Source: Octopus sinensis
Lineage: Eukaryota
NCBI RefSeq assembly: GCF_006345805.1
Contig: NC_043001.1
Span: 93,248,001 to 93,312,000, forward strand
Direction of reading: 5' to 3'
DNA: 64,000 nt
Shown here: positions 25,999 through 39,167 of the stretch, piece after piece
How the letters are laid out: the number at the start of each line of letters is the position of its first letter
How positions within the stretch are numbered: position 1 is the first letter of the stretch
The notes under the pieces: model-generated
Databases searched by the model: none
The model's input: only the letters and a program-made list of their open reading frames with translations
What the model was told of the DNA's origin: nothing
Made by a program: the position numbers and the translations under genes

Positions 25999-26583
25999 GA
26001 TTTTGCCCTCATATATGTTCGCACATACTCAAACATATGTGCATACATTGCAATATATATACACATACATATAAAATATATAGTATATATAAAGTATATA
26101 TGTATGCATACAGGAGGACTACGAACATAAACTTACATAACTTGTTCCTACGTACGTTTCACTACTATGGATGTTATGGTACAATGGAACGTCAGGGAGC
26201 ATTTTATTGCAATAAAGTATTCCCCGATGATCCGTTGTGGATAAACATCCATTCGCACTTACAACATTCAGAGCAAAGTTTCAAACAAGCAGAATAGTGA
26301 AAAGTACGTACAACCAAAGGATATATATTTGTATTTATCATAATTTCCCCTATATTTGCTTTGTATGTCATAACTAGTAATACCACCAAGTATAGTAGCG
26401 TCTAAACCAATGTACAGGAAGTTGATTGGATGATGTTAATCTAAGTAGTGGTTTAATCTGAAATCGTATATTTACCTGTCCACACTAGTTATCTCATTGT
26501 TATGTATGTATGTATGTATGTATGTATGTATGTATGTATGTATGTATGTATGTATGTATGTATGTATGTATGTATGTGTTTGT

Positions 26584-26865
26584 GTACTGGTAACATGTAA
26601 CCCAGTACAACCTGTTGCATGGTCGGGTCGTCGCCGACTAAACCGGCAACCTCACCAAGCAAGCTTGGTGTTTATTGGACACCCTGCGGCATGAAGAACA
26701 AAACCCGTCAAAGGCGGGGGAACTCCTGAGAGTCAACGGCCATCCAATAAATGTCTTAGGGCTGTATCATGTGCGGGGACATAGAAATAATCGGACTGAA
26801 TACCCGATCGTGCGGTTAAACCATTGGGAGTGAAGGACTCCTAGCCTTTGTTAGGGCATCCTTCT
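26584..26865 (+). mobile_element. Highly structured 5' leader fragment of a probable RTE-clade LINE
   Basis: GC-rich with many hairpins. It ends TTAGGGCATCCTTCT, resembling the recalled RTE 5' UTR motif 'TTAGGGCAACCAGTCTAGGAGAAGG'. The clade assignment is from memory. Confidence 0.5.
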
Positions 26866-27095
26866 TGCACAGGCATTGCACGATAACAACATTGATTAAG
26901 TTTCGTGCAATGGTCATACTCGATGACGAGGGGGCAGCCATCATGTGTTTGTGTGTATGTGTTTGTGTGTATGTTTGTGTGCGTGTGTATACAAGCATGA
27001 TATCGATTGTGGAGTTATGTTCGGTGCACAGATCAGATCAGTAACTCCACAATCGATATTATATATATACATACATATACATACATATATATACA

Positions 27096-27141
<46 letters not shown>

Positions 27142-27227
27142 ATATTTATATGTATATATATATATATGTATGTATATGTATGTATATATATATACATATA
27201 TATGTTATATATATATATATATGTATG

Positions 27228-27262
<35 letters not shown>

Positions 27263-28385
27263 GTGTGTGAATCTATGTATATATATGTATATATATATAT
27301 ACATACATATACATATATAATACATATACATACATATATATATATATAATAAATACATAACATATAAGATATATATACATATACATACATGCATATATAT
27401 ATATATATACATGCATCCACACACACACACACACACATACACACACGCACACACACACATGCACACACACACACACACACACCACACACAACACACACAC
27501 ACACACACACACACCACACAACACACACCACACACATATATATATATATGTTGTACTTATAATAGTGTCGTTTGTTTTGTTGACTGCGCAACTGAAAGCA
27601 ATTTGAGAAAAGTTCACTTTGCGAAACATCCGGTTCTATTCTAAGAACAAAATAAATTGATTCAATAATACTGTACCACATTAGTATTTAATTCATTACG
27701 ATACTTTATGATGTATGTTTCTTTAACGAACAAACACATTTAGAGATGAGCATGTATGTGCAAATTTGTCAAGTATGTGTAAGCCACCCCACATTTCACA
27801 CTGTCATAGATACATGCGCATTATTCAAACAGACACGTGCATATACACACATATACAAATATACATAGTTGTATTGTTGTACATAGGTCTGTTCGTATGT
27901 GTGTGTTTTGGTATTTTTGCGTAAGTTGATGAGTTGTAAATAATAAATTTGAAATTTATGTTCCAAAAGATATGAGTGTTGATTTTCCTGTCAAATCTTC
28001 CAGCTAGAAACGAAACAGATTCAATTCTTCGCCATGTTCATCTGATAATTTAACACTTAAATAAATTTATCACACGTCATTATGAATGGTCGGCTTTGAT
28101 ATATCAGAGATAGGAAATTGGTATAATGAGACTTCACATGCACACGCACACGCACACGCACACACACACAAACACACACACACAAGTATGTGCATAGATG
28201 CACATAAATATAATCACACACATGCACTAAAAAAGTTGTTTATACGCATACATTTTCATAGATATATGTGTGTGTATGTGTGTCTGTATATGTATATATG
28301 GACACATCTATATCGAGAAATGTGAATGTAAATGACTGAGATACGCATATATGCGTGTGTATGTGCGTGTGTCTAAATTATACTC

Positions 28386-28439
<54 letters not shown>

Positions 28440-28442
<3 letters not shown>

Positions 28443-28840
28443 GCGAAGGAGTTGTTGTGTGGTAAGTAGCTTGCTTGCTAACCAGATGGTTTCTGGTTCA
28501 TTCTATCTGCGTGGCACCTTGGGTAGGTGTCTTTTACTATGGCCTCGGGCCGACCAAAGCGTTCTGAGTGGATTTGGTAGACGGAAACTGAAAAAAGCTC
28601 GTCGTATATGTATATGTATATCTATGTGTGTGCATATGTTTGTGTATCTCTGTCTGTCCCTCCTACATCGCTTGACAACCGATGATGATGTGTTTATGTT
28701 CCCGTAACTTAGCGGTTCGGCAAAAGAGACCGATAGAATAAGTACTAGGCTTCCAAAGAATAAGTATTGGGGTCAATTTGCTCGACTAAAGGCGGTGCTC
28801 CAGCATAGCCGCAGTCAAATGACTGAAACAAGTAACGAGA
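28440..28840 (+). mobile_element. SINE family B, full length
   Basis: Head, CORE-like domain, microsatellite and tail are colinear with the 24121 copy. Confidence 0.9.
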
Positions 28841-28888
28841 AAGAGAGAAAAAGTTATGTACGTATGTATGTATGTATATATATATTAC

Positions 28889-28938
<50 letters not shown>

Positions 28939-29015
28939 CATACATACACATATATATATATACATACATACATACATATATATATATATACATACATACA
29001 CATATATATATATAT

Positions 29016-29050
<35 letters not shown>

Positions 29051-29244
29051 CATACATATATATATATATATACATACATATATATATATATATACATATA
29101 TAACATATATATATACATATATATTACATATATATATAATATATATACATATACATATATATATACATATACATATATATATATACATATATATATATAT
29201 ACATTATATATATATACTTCATATATATATATACATATATATAC

Positions 29245-29306
<62 letters not shown>

Positions 29307-30071
29307 TACATAACATAAATACATATACATACGTGCGTATGTGTGTGACGCATGCGTGCAACCACAGAATGGTGGAATATTTGTGTTCGATCTCGATGCA
29401 CATATTCGGGCAAGTATCTTTTACCAAAGCCTCAGCTTGATACGTTTTTTGGCTGACATTTTGAATCAGTAAACTGGTTCAATGTTTGTATCTGTAATTC
29501 AAAACCAACAGCTATGTCACAGCGTGTCTCATTCCGTGTCACACTGGCCTTGTCTCAGAATTACGTTATAGATCTACCTGTTTTGTTAGCTTACGTTAAC
29601 TAGGTAATGAATTATAGCAATAAAATATTCATCGTCGAAATCTACAGAGATCCATTGACTTTTTTTTACAGCATCTATGAAAGTAAAAATTTTACCTATA
29701 CATAATGCAAAACTGTTTCACATGGCAAATAAGTTAACCGATTTAATTTGAGTTTTCAAATATATAAACTGCAATCACGCAACAATAACAATATTTTAAA
29801 CAAATTTCTATCGATTTTTACCTTAACTTAAAATATACACTTTAGAAAATTTAGAAATCAATTATAAAAAGTATTTGCACACGAAACTTAAGGCAAATCC
29901 TGCAGCATTTTTATGCTATGTATATTATGTATATGTGCTTGCGAATATTCATATGTATATGTATGAATATATTTGGCAGTTTTTGTATGTATATATATAT
30001 GTATGTATATGTGTATATGAATATATATATGTGTGTATATGTGTATATGAATATATAATGGTGGATATATA

Positions 30072-30115
<44 letters not shown>

Positions 30116-30268
30116 AATTGTCACATAATATGTGACATTCACATTTACATCTATACATTTACAGATAAATTCCTCTATTTACTGTCTTACAATTTTTATC
30201 AATATAATATATATATATATATGTATATATGCATATCTATATATATTATATATCTATATATATTATAT

Positions 30269-30395
30269 AAGACAGGTGTTGTAGACAACAAACAGATGTA
30301 TTAGTTTAACGCTCGGGAAGTGAAAAAGTCTTTAACATTTCGAGCCTACGTTCTTCCACAGATAGGAACGCAGAAAGAAACAAAGAGAGAGAAAA
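30269..30395 (-). mobile_element. PLE-like mini-element with a minimal hammerhead-like motif (copy 2)
   Basis: Minus strand: CTAT-CTGTGGA-A-GAAC gtag GCTC-GAAA-TG-TT-AAAG, then GAGCGTTAAACTAATACATCTGTTTGTT as in the 12255 copy. Confidence 0.6.
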
Positions 30396-31002
30396 AATAT
30401 ATACATATATGCTCACAAAAGCTTAGATATATATACTTTTACATGTATACTTATAAGCACACGTATTATGTATATATATTATACCTGTGTGCACACACAC
30501 ACATACAAACATACTCATACAAACGCACACTTACACACACACACATATATATATATATATACAAGTCTATACTCACTTATCCATCCACGAACACTTATAT
30601 ACACATACCCATTGAAATGTTATAAGTGCTAAACAACGAAAAATTGTTTCGACACGTAGTATAGAGTGTACTATCCGTTGAAATTGAATGACTCAATTTT
30701 CCTGGCCCTGAGATCAACAGGTAAACTTTCTGTAGTGTTTTTGGTTGGTTTTAGATATAATACAAGCGGGATCGTTCTTTAGTTTGTTGCTGTTGGTTTC
30801 ATAACATTTCAATGCAAATGATAGACATATAAAATATTATGAATCTTTCACATTATATGTTATAGCAGTTCAAGACAGCGTAGAAAGGAAGCCAAGCCTG
30901 ATGATCAAAGGGCGTGAAACTCAAATTCGTCAGTTGAAGAATTCATTATATATATATTATATATATATATATATATGTATGTATATATATATATATATAT
31001 AG

Positions 31003-31037
<35 letters not shown>

Positions 31038-31065
31038 CACACACAATTATATCTATCTATCTATC

Positions 31066-31131
<66 letters not shown>

Positions 31132-31307
31132 TTATCTGTCTATCTATCTATATACTTGTATACATATATGCATATATAAATGTATATAATTATACATACA
31201 TACACATATACACATATGTACATGTATAATATTCATGTATATCTATAAAATATAAAATAATATAACCTAATATAATATAGTATATATATATATGCATATA
31301 TGTATGC

Positions 31308-31352
<45 letters not shown>

Positions 31353-31934
31353 CACACATATACATATAAATATATATATACATACATATATACATACATA
31401 TATATACATACATAACGTACACAAATATACAGACATAAATACCTTTCTTAGAGACTCTTGGCAGGAAATTTGATCTGAGATAGTTCTTATATTGGAACGT
31501 ATAAGTGTCTTTGAATAATTATAGGCTTATATGACGCTACTTGAATACAAACTTCGAATTAACTCGCACACATTTATACACACACAGTCAGTAATATAGG
31601 ATAGATAATTATCATTCTCACTAGTGCTACAGAGTCGTTTTTTTTACGTTCCGTGATGAGAGATATCCATGACTGATCATGCGATTCCAAAGACCATTAT
31701 CGGTGTAAGTGAATTGATAGGACGACAATTGGGAATCGAAATATTTTTGCAGATACGGTTTGGCGGTTACCTACCTGGAGTTATATGTACGGTCACATAG
31801 CACTATATTGAACAAGCTACATACATACATACATACATACATACATACATACATACATACATACATACATACGTACATACATACATACACTCAAGCACAC
31901 TTATATAAAGATTAAAATAGCATACATGTTTATA

Positions 31935-31970
<36 letters not shown>

Positions 31971-32547
31971 AATACCTACAAAGACACATACATACATACG
32001 TACGTACATACATACATTCATACATACATACGCATATAATAATTATATATATATATATATATTTACACATCTATACGCACATGCACACACATATGTATTT
32101 ACATATATACATATGCATACATTTCAGTGCGCATACGTACACACTCACATATTGATTAGATAATCAATGACATCGAAAAATGGGAATAGAATCCTGCGCT
32201 ATCTATAATTTCTCCGAAGGTTTCATTTTTTTTTCACTTCTTTCAATCCGTGGTTGAGTATTTCTGTTTATAAAATATGTTATTTTGTGATAGATACTGT
32301 CCCATGTTTTAAAACTTATTCAGGGAAGTAATGGATGTAGTCACGATTTTCTCTAGGATATCTACATCTGGGAAGGAAAGAACGGTGGAAAGAATCAGCG
32401 TTCAGGTATTGTTCCTTCAGTAGGAATTAGCGTGTCGAGTTATTGAGCTATAGACGCAACTGGTTCGAATGCTACCGAAGTAGACCCTGTTCAACTATCC
32501 AAAGTGTTGTAATAATAAAAAAAAAATGTTGAAATATACAAATGCAA

Positions 32548-32765
32548 GCCGTAGGTGTGGCTGTTTGGTAAGTAGCTTGCTTACGAACCACATGATAAAA
32601 GAAACATGTCAATAAGGTTCTTAGATTTAAGGCGGCAAGCTGGCAAAGTCTTTAGAATAATGGGGTCAATAAAATAAGTGCCAGTTTAGTTGAGCACTGC
32701 GGTCGATATAATAGCCTTAACGCATGCCTCAAAGATGCTGGTCTCAGGTCAAAATTTGAAATCAA
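32548..32765 (+). mobile_element. Family B head fragment (32548-32595) followed by an internally deleted family D copy (32628-32765)
   Basis: GTGGCTGTTTGGTAAGTAGCTTGCTTACGAACCACATG; AAGGCGGCAAGCTGGCA...GGGGTCAATAAAATAAGTGCCAG...AAAATTTGAAATC. Confidence 0.7.
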
Positions 32766-33677
32766 TTACGTTCTTAAATCCAACAACGCATTGCCATCGA
32801 GTGGCTTTAAATCTAACGATGAAGTGGAGATTCTGAGGAATCTTTGTCTTACCGCATTTCCCTTGGTTGTGTCTAATCAGTATGGCAATGATGCAAGATT
32901 ATGAACCTGGACCCAGGAAGTGAAGCGGTGTGGTGTTTGGAACTTTTGATGGATTAATTCCTATTTCAGCTCATGAGTCTAAATGGTGGAAATAACTGGC
33001 ATAGCTTCGTGTTTTTTTCTACTGACGAAGTCATAAAATATACAAGACATTAGCACACACACACACAAACAGGCACACACAAACAAACACACACACACAC
33101 ACACACATCGAAACACAAAGGCACTACAATGACACTCCTATGTACAAAGAGGCCAACGGAGGTACGCACACACACACGCACACATATATATACAGCAACT
33201 CACACACACATAATCACGCATACAGACACTTAAGCATGATGACCTCATAGAAGCACTATGAAACAAACAGTGACGCGCGCGCACCCACCCACCCACACAC
33301 ACACAAATACACATGTCTATAGCAGGCTTAATTTATCGATTAGAAGATTCGAACGACGCAAGAAAATGTGATTTACTACACAGCATATATAGTTCTTTAA
33401 GCTTTCTATATTTTCTGACCTTGATAGATATTCCAGAACTATGTAGACTCATACACGATACAACTCTAGTTATGAGAAACCAAAATACGAATATCGGATG
33501 CCTTCTTCAGTTGATCAATATTTTAATTTTGCAACTCTTAATTTGTTAATTATTGGGATATAGAGACTTGAAAATTTGGCCCTGGAGCTGTATAAGAAAA
33601 TCAGTTTTTTACAAAAGATAAAAAAATCTAATTTATTTAAAGTTATTGAATATAATTTGATATAAAGACTACAAAAT

Positions 33678-33890
33678 GCAGCGAGTTGGCAGAATCCTTA
33701 CCGCCCCGGGAAAAATTGCTTAGCGGCATTCCCTTCGACTTTAAGTTTGAGTAAAAAAGCCCCGCGGGGTCGACGTTACTTTCGTCATTTTCGGGTCTAT
33801 TAAAATAAATACCAGTTGAATACTGATGTAGTGGACAAGCCCCCATATCTGAAATTGCTGGCAATGTGCCTGTATGTGATACCAATATAG
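33678..33890 (+). mobile_element. SINE family D, decayed
   Basis: GCGAGTTGGCAGAATCCTTA...TGCTTAGCGGCATT...GGGGTCGAC...AAATACCAGTTGAATACTG. Confidence 0.7.
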
Positions 33891-34986
33891 GGAGTATAAC
33901 ATCAATAGAGAGACAGAGAGAGAAAGAGAAAAGAAGCCTCTTAAAAATCAATATTGTAGTCAACTGGTCAACTTTAAAGCAATTTAAATATGACAAAGCC
34001 TCTGTTTATACGCAAAAATAAATGTTAGATGAACAGAGAGAAAAGAAAATTAAGACCAGTAATAATAATATAATAATTATGATGATGATGATGACGATGT
34101 TCTGCACCACCTTCATGGTCATCGTCATCATCATCATCACCACCACCGCCGCCACCAACAGCAGTATCAAAGCACTACGAGTAATAATAAAAGTCAACAA
34201 CAAATCGACAGGCAACACAGAGATCAGCAGGGCAGTGCAAGTAAACCAACAACTTGAAAACATTTCATTAGCGGCGTTTTTATTTTTACAATGTCAGTTA
34301 CAGAGTTTTTTCTTTTTAAAAAATCTTCTTTAACCTCGATCTTATGTGTTTTCGCTATTGAAACACACAATCGAAAACGTCTATTGTACGGTTATCTCAG
34401 GGCAAACAGATTTCTTGCCAGGAAAATATAAAATAAGCACTAAACTTTATTACAAAAAAAGCCCCACAAAAATTATAAAACAAAAGCACAGAAAACCAAA
34501 AAAATTTAATTTTGAACCGTTCTACATGATTCACATTGACGTTAGTTTTTAAATTATATTTTCTATTTAATTATACTTTAAAATTTTATTTTATTCTTTA
34601 TACGCCTCCATCATTGTAATTTGGATTGTCACTTACGATCATGTCTGTGGCAAAAGTAGCGCTTGTTAAAAATTGTTTAACCTCGTGTACTGCGTGGTGT
34701 TACATTATTTTGGACTTATTTCCATTTTTCTGAATAGTATTAATCGATAGAAAACATTTCTATCCGTGTATACTATACCACTAGTTTACACTTAAGTTAG
34801 TGTTATCATATTTAATGCACGAGTATCAGATGCCATATTGTAAATAGTTTTGCTGAGAAATACAGAGAGCATGAACCTTATAATCGATTTGGAAAGTACG
34901 GGAGATAACTTTGGGCATGTTTCTATCATATTAGACATCCAAGTGAAACATATACTTTTATGTAGTAGCTGAAGCTATTAAAATAA

Positions 34987-35232
34987 TACTCTTTTACTTG
35001 TTTCAGTCATTTGACTGCGGCTATGCTGGAGCACCGCCTTCATTCGAGCAAATCGACCCCAGGACTTATTCTTTGTAAGCCTAGCACTTATTCTATCGGT
35101 CTATTTTGCCGAACCGTTATGGGGACGTAAACACTCTAGCATCGGTTGTCAAGCGATGCTGGTGGGACAAACATAGACACACAAACATACACTCACATAC
35201 ATACATACATACATACATACATACATACATAC

Positions 35233-35284
<52 letters not shown>

Positions 35285-35432
35285 GACGGCATTCTTTCAG
35301 GTTTCGTCTACCAAATCCATCCACAAGCCTTTGGTCGGCCCGAGGCTATAGTAGAAGACACTACCCCAAGATGCCACGCCGTGGGACTGAACCCAAAACC
35401 ATGTGATTGGTAAGGAAGCTACTTACCACACA
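34987..35432 (-). mobile_element. SINE family B, near full length
   Basis: Reverse complement of the B consensus with an expanded internal (TA/TACA)n. Confidence 0.9.
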
Positions 35433-36548
35433 CCCAGTAATGTCACTGTTTTCTTTTATATGTATATTTCATTAGCTTCCTATGGAGGCTGTCAAGAATA
35501 GGTGTATAGTTAATAAGTTGAATGTGAAGTCACATGGTTTCAGATTCAATTGGACTACCGAGAGCCTGGTGTATGTCTCGTGCAATATAGCATTCGGCCA
35601 ACAATTACTATATAATTGAACATTGTTAGATGTACACGGTGAAGTGGCCTATCATATATATATATATATATATATACATATTATATATTTATCAGGATGG
35701 ATTTCTCTTCGGCCTTTAATAGGATTTAATACCGGGGAAGTTAAAGGGTAAATATTAGATATTTAATCAGCCAAGTCCTTTTATGTATTTCACCTAGATT
35801 CAAATAATTGCAAGTGGAAGTATGAATATACAAATACCTAAATTATAATGATAACTAAGAAAAATTATATGTATATTTTAAACGTCATTTTGTCTTTTCT
35901 ATTTTCTTTTAAATCTCACCTACTGAAGGGTACAAATTGGTCCATTAAAAAAAATTTTTTTTTAAAGAAGTCTCGCCTCGGTATGTGAATTTTATTATTT
36001 TCCCCTGTCGAAGGAGTCATTATCGTAATGCACCCTTGTACATTAAATACGCTGATGAACCCCTGAAATGCCCATAACGATTGTAAATATGGTTTCTTCT
36101 TTTTTGCTTGGACTGTCTTTTCATAATAGGTTTTCCCCTAATCTTAAAAAGGTAATTTTTAATCGAAAAAAATTTCTAATCGATGAACTTTTATCTTACC
36201 TTATATATTATATATTTATATGTTTCCTATATATATATATGTATTCTTATATTTTTATATATTTATATATTTATATATTTTTATATTTTTTTATATATTT
36301 AATATTCTAGATGTTATAATGTTAAAAAATTATTTTTAGTCGCTGAAGTTTTAATTTTTAATCGCGATAGACTGCACTCACACATTTTTCTTATATGCTT
36401 GTCTAAATGAATTATTGCTTCATTTTCTGTGATTTTATGCATCTGTATTCTATGTATAAGAAAAAGCATTATGTGATTAAATGTTCGAGATGGGATATGT
36501 TAGGTGGATGACTTTAAATTTGTTCTTTGTTCTACAACCAAAGTCTGT

Positions 36549-36607
<59 letters not shown>

Positions 36608-36674
36608 AACACAATTACATAAATACATACATATAAACACACACATACATATACGTATATATATATACATACAT

Positions 36675-36709
<35 letters not shown>

Positions 36710-37128
36710 CATATACATATATACAATATTTACATTACATTCATTCATATATACATAAATACGTATATAGATATATTGTAGACAACTGTTTCGGTACTTG
36801 CAACTTCTTTAGTAAGATTATATATTCATATCTGTACGAATAATCGTTGGTGCACAAATATATTTAGTAAATGTCTAACTGGCAATTTACAAAAGCTGGA
36901 ATTTTTAGGCGAACGAAGCAGCCTGTTTGCATAGTATTTACAAATGCAGTACGTAGGCGGAATAGTAAGGATACGCAACATTATGCTAAATTTCAGTAGG
37001 TAAGTCTATCCATTGCTTCTATTGAAATCCAATGATGAAGATACGCATGAGTATGTATGTATGTATGTATGTATGTATGTATGTATGTATGTATGTATGT
37101 ATGTATGTATGTATGTATGTATGTATGT

Positions 37129-37446
37129 GTGGAGTCGCAATGGCCCAGTGGTTAGGGCAGCGGACTCGCGGTCGGAGGATAGCGGTTTCGATTCCCAGAC
37201 CGGGCGTTGTGTGTGTTTATTGAGCGAAAACACCTAAAAAAGCTCCGGCAGGGGGGTTGGGGGTGGCAACCCCTGTTGTACTCTTTCGCCACAACATTCT
37301 CTCACTATCTCTTCCTGTTTCTTGAGTAACGCTGCGATGGAGTGGCGTCCCGTCCAGCTGGGGCGGGGGGGGGGGCACCTACGCCACAGAAACCGGGAAA
37401 CCGGGCCCATGATCCTGGCTAGGCTTGAAAAGGGTGAGGGTTTTTT
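37129..37446 (+). mobile_element. SINE family A, tail type 2 (Nin-domain-like), inserted in (TATG)n
   Basis: A box TGGCCCAGTGG and B-box-like GTTTCGATTCC. The 3' part GTAACGCTGCGATGGAGTGGCGTCCCGTCCAG...CCACAGAAACCGGG resembles the recalled Nin domain. Confidence 0.8.
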
Positions 37447-38864
37447 GTATGTATGTATGTATGTATGTATGTATGTATGTATGTATGTATGTATGCATGT
37501 GTGAGTGTTTCCTTCGCGGATATATATCAGCAAAGAGCATTGCAATGCAATATATTATATTGAATCGATAAAAAACAAGCTCCCTAAAAAATCGTCTTTT
37601 ATGTAAGAAGTCCCTTATAATATTTTCTCTCTATCGATTGACAGACCCGTTTTTGTTATTCCGTTTTTATTATTCTTGCCGTCGAAAATACTGTTAGTCA
37701 ATGATTGGTTATTTGGAAACCTGTAACCAACATTGGGATAGTTCAACAATTGAAATGAAAATAAATAATTAAGCTATAAGTATTGTTTTGCTTGTCTTAA
37801 GTATTGTTGTATAAGAGTAATTAATTTCAGAGTTTTAAGTTGTAAAATAATGCATTATAATTATGGTTGGTGGTAGCACAAGTTACTAAAACAAATATTA
37901 GTTTTAGATTGTTCTCAATGTTTTGAAATATTGATTTTCTTTACCTCTTCATTTTTATCTACTATTTTTGCTGGGAGGTGGGTATTGAGAACTAACTGTC
38001 TCGTCCACAGAAACCGCAGAAGCCTGGTTTTGGCGCGCAAGAATATGAAACATCAACCATTAGGTCAATAGGCCGATACCTTATTGACTCAGTTAGCAGT
38101 GACTTTAGTTTCCAATAATTAATCAAATTGTTCGAATTTGATAATTATTGAAAACTAAAAACAAAAATAAAAACCAAAAAAAAAGTGAAAAAAAAGAAAA
38201 AATAAAGAAAAAAAAACATTATTGCCGCTAACAACAAGAAACAACATTCTAATTATTCGAGATAGAGACAATTAGGAAAATAATTCATATAGTTCAGCAA
38301 CCGACGCTGAATACATTTTTGTGTTTTTTTTTGTATTTTCCTTCGATTTCAATTTTAATATTGTGAATGATATTTTTGTTTGTAATTCTTATCACACAGA
38401 CACAATTGTCAGGTTTCTAACAAAGCAGACAAAATCATTACAATTAATATTCACATATAATTCTTGTATTTTGTTCCTTTGAAGTAACGATATATCTAAA
38501 GAAGCTAAAAAAAAAAATAAATAAAGTCCCAAATATTACAATAAAAGATTTTAGAATCTGAATAAACAGAATTAAAAAGTCTTTAAAAATTTCATGTACT
38601 TTTAAAGCATAAATTGTTGTTTAGTTTGATAAGTTTGTGTAACAAGAATATTATCTTCACAATTTTCTGTTTTTTAAAAAACATAAATGTTTCTTTGTAA
38701 TCTACCGTCGTTATCAGGAGTTGGCATGGAATGTAGAGCGGAGCTTTTAAACGGCAAACAGAAAAAGATGCTGGTATATCATAGGTTATTCTCATGAATA
38801 GAAATGATTCTTTTATCGTATAAATTCACCCCACTTATTGAATTATATGAATGATATCTTTATA

Positions 38865-38901
<37 letters not shown>

Positions 38902-38906
38902 GTATG

Positions 38907-38955
<49 letters not shown>

Positions 38956-39129
38956 CAGATATATATATATATACATACATATATATACATATATATGTAC
39001 GCATATACATATATATATATATATGTGTGTGTGTGTATGTGTCTGTATGCATACACACATGCATGCACACACACATGCATGCACACACACTCAAACACAA
39101 ACGCACAAAGAAACACTCAAGCGCAAGAC

Positions 39130-39167
<38 letters not shown>

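Noticed and set aside
32290-32500. Possible LINE relic (DIYIW...GIVPSVGISVSSY)
   Set aside because: Only faint similarity, with several indels needed.
36045-36080. CTGATGAACCCCTGAAA hammerhead-like string (also 50773 and 56044)
   Set aside because: The core words are present but the helices cannot form.
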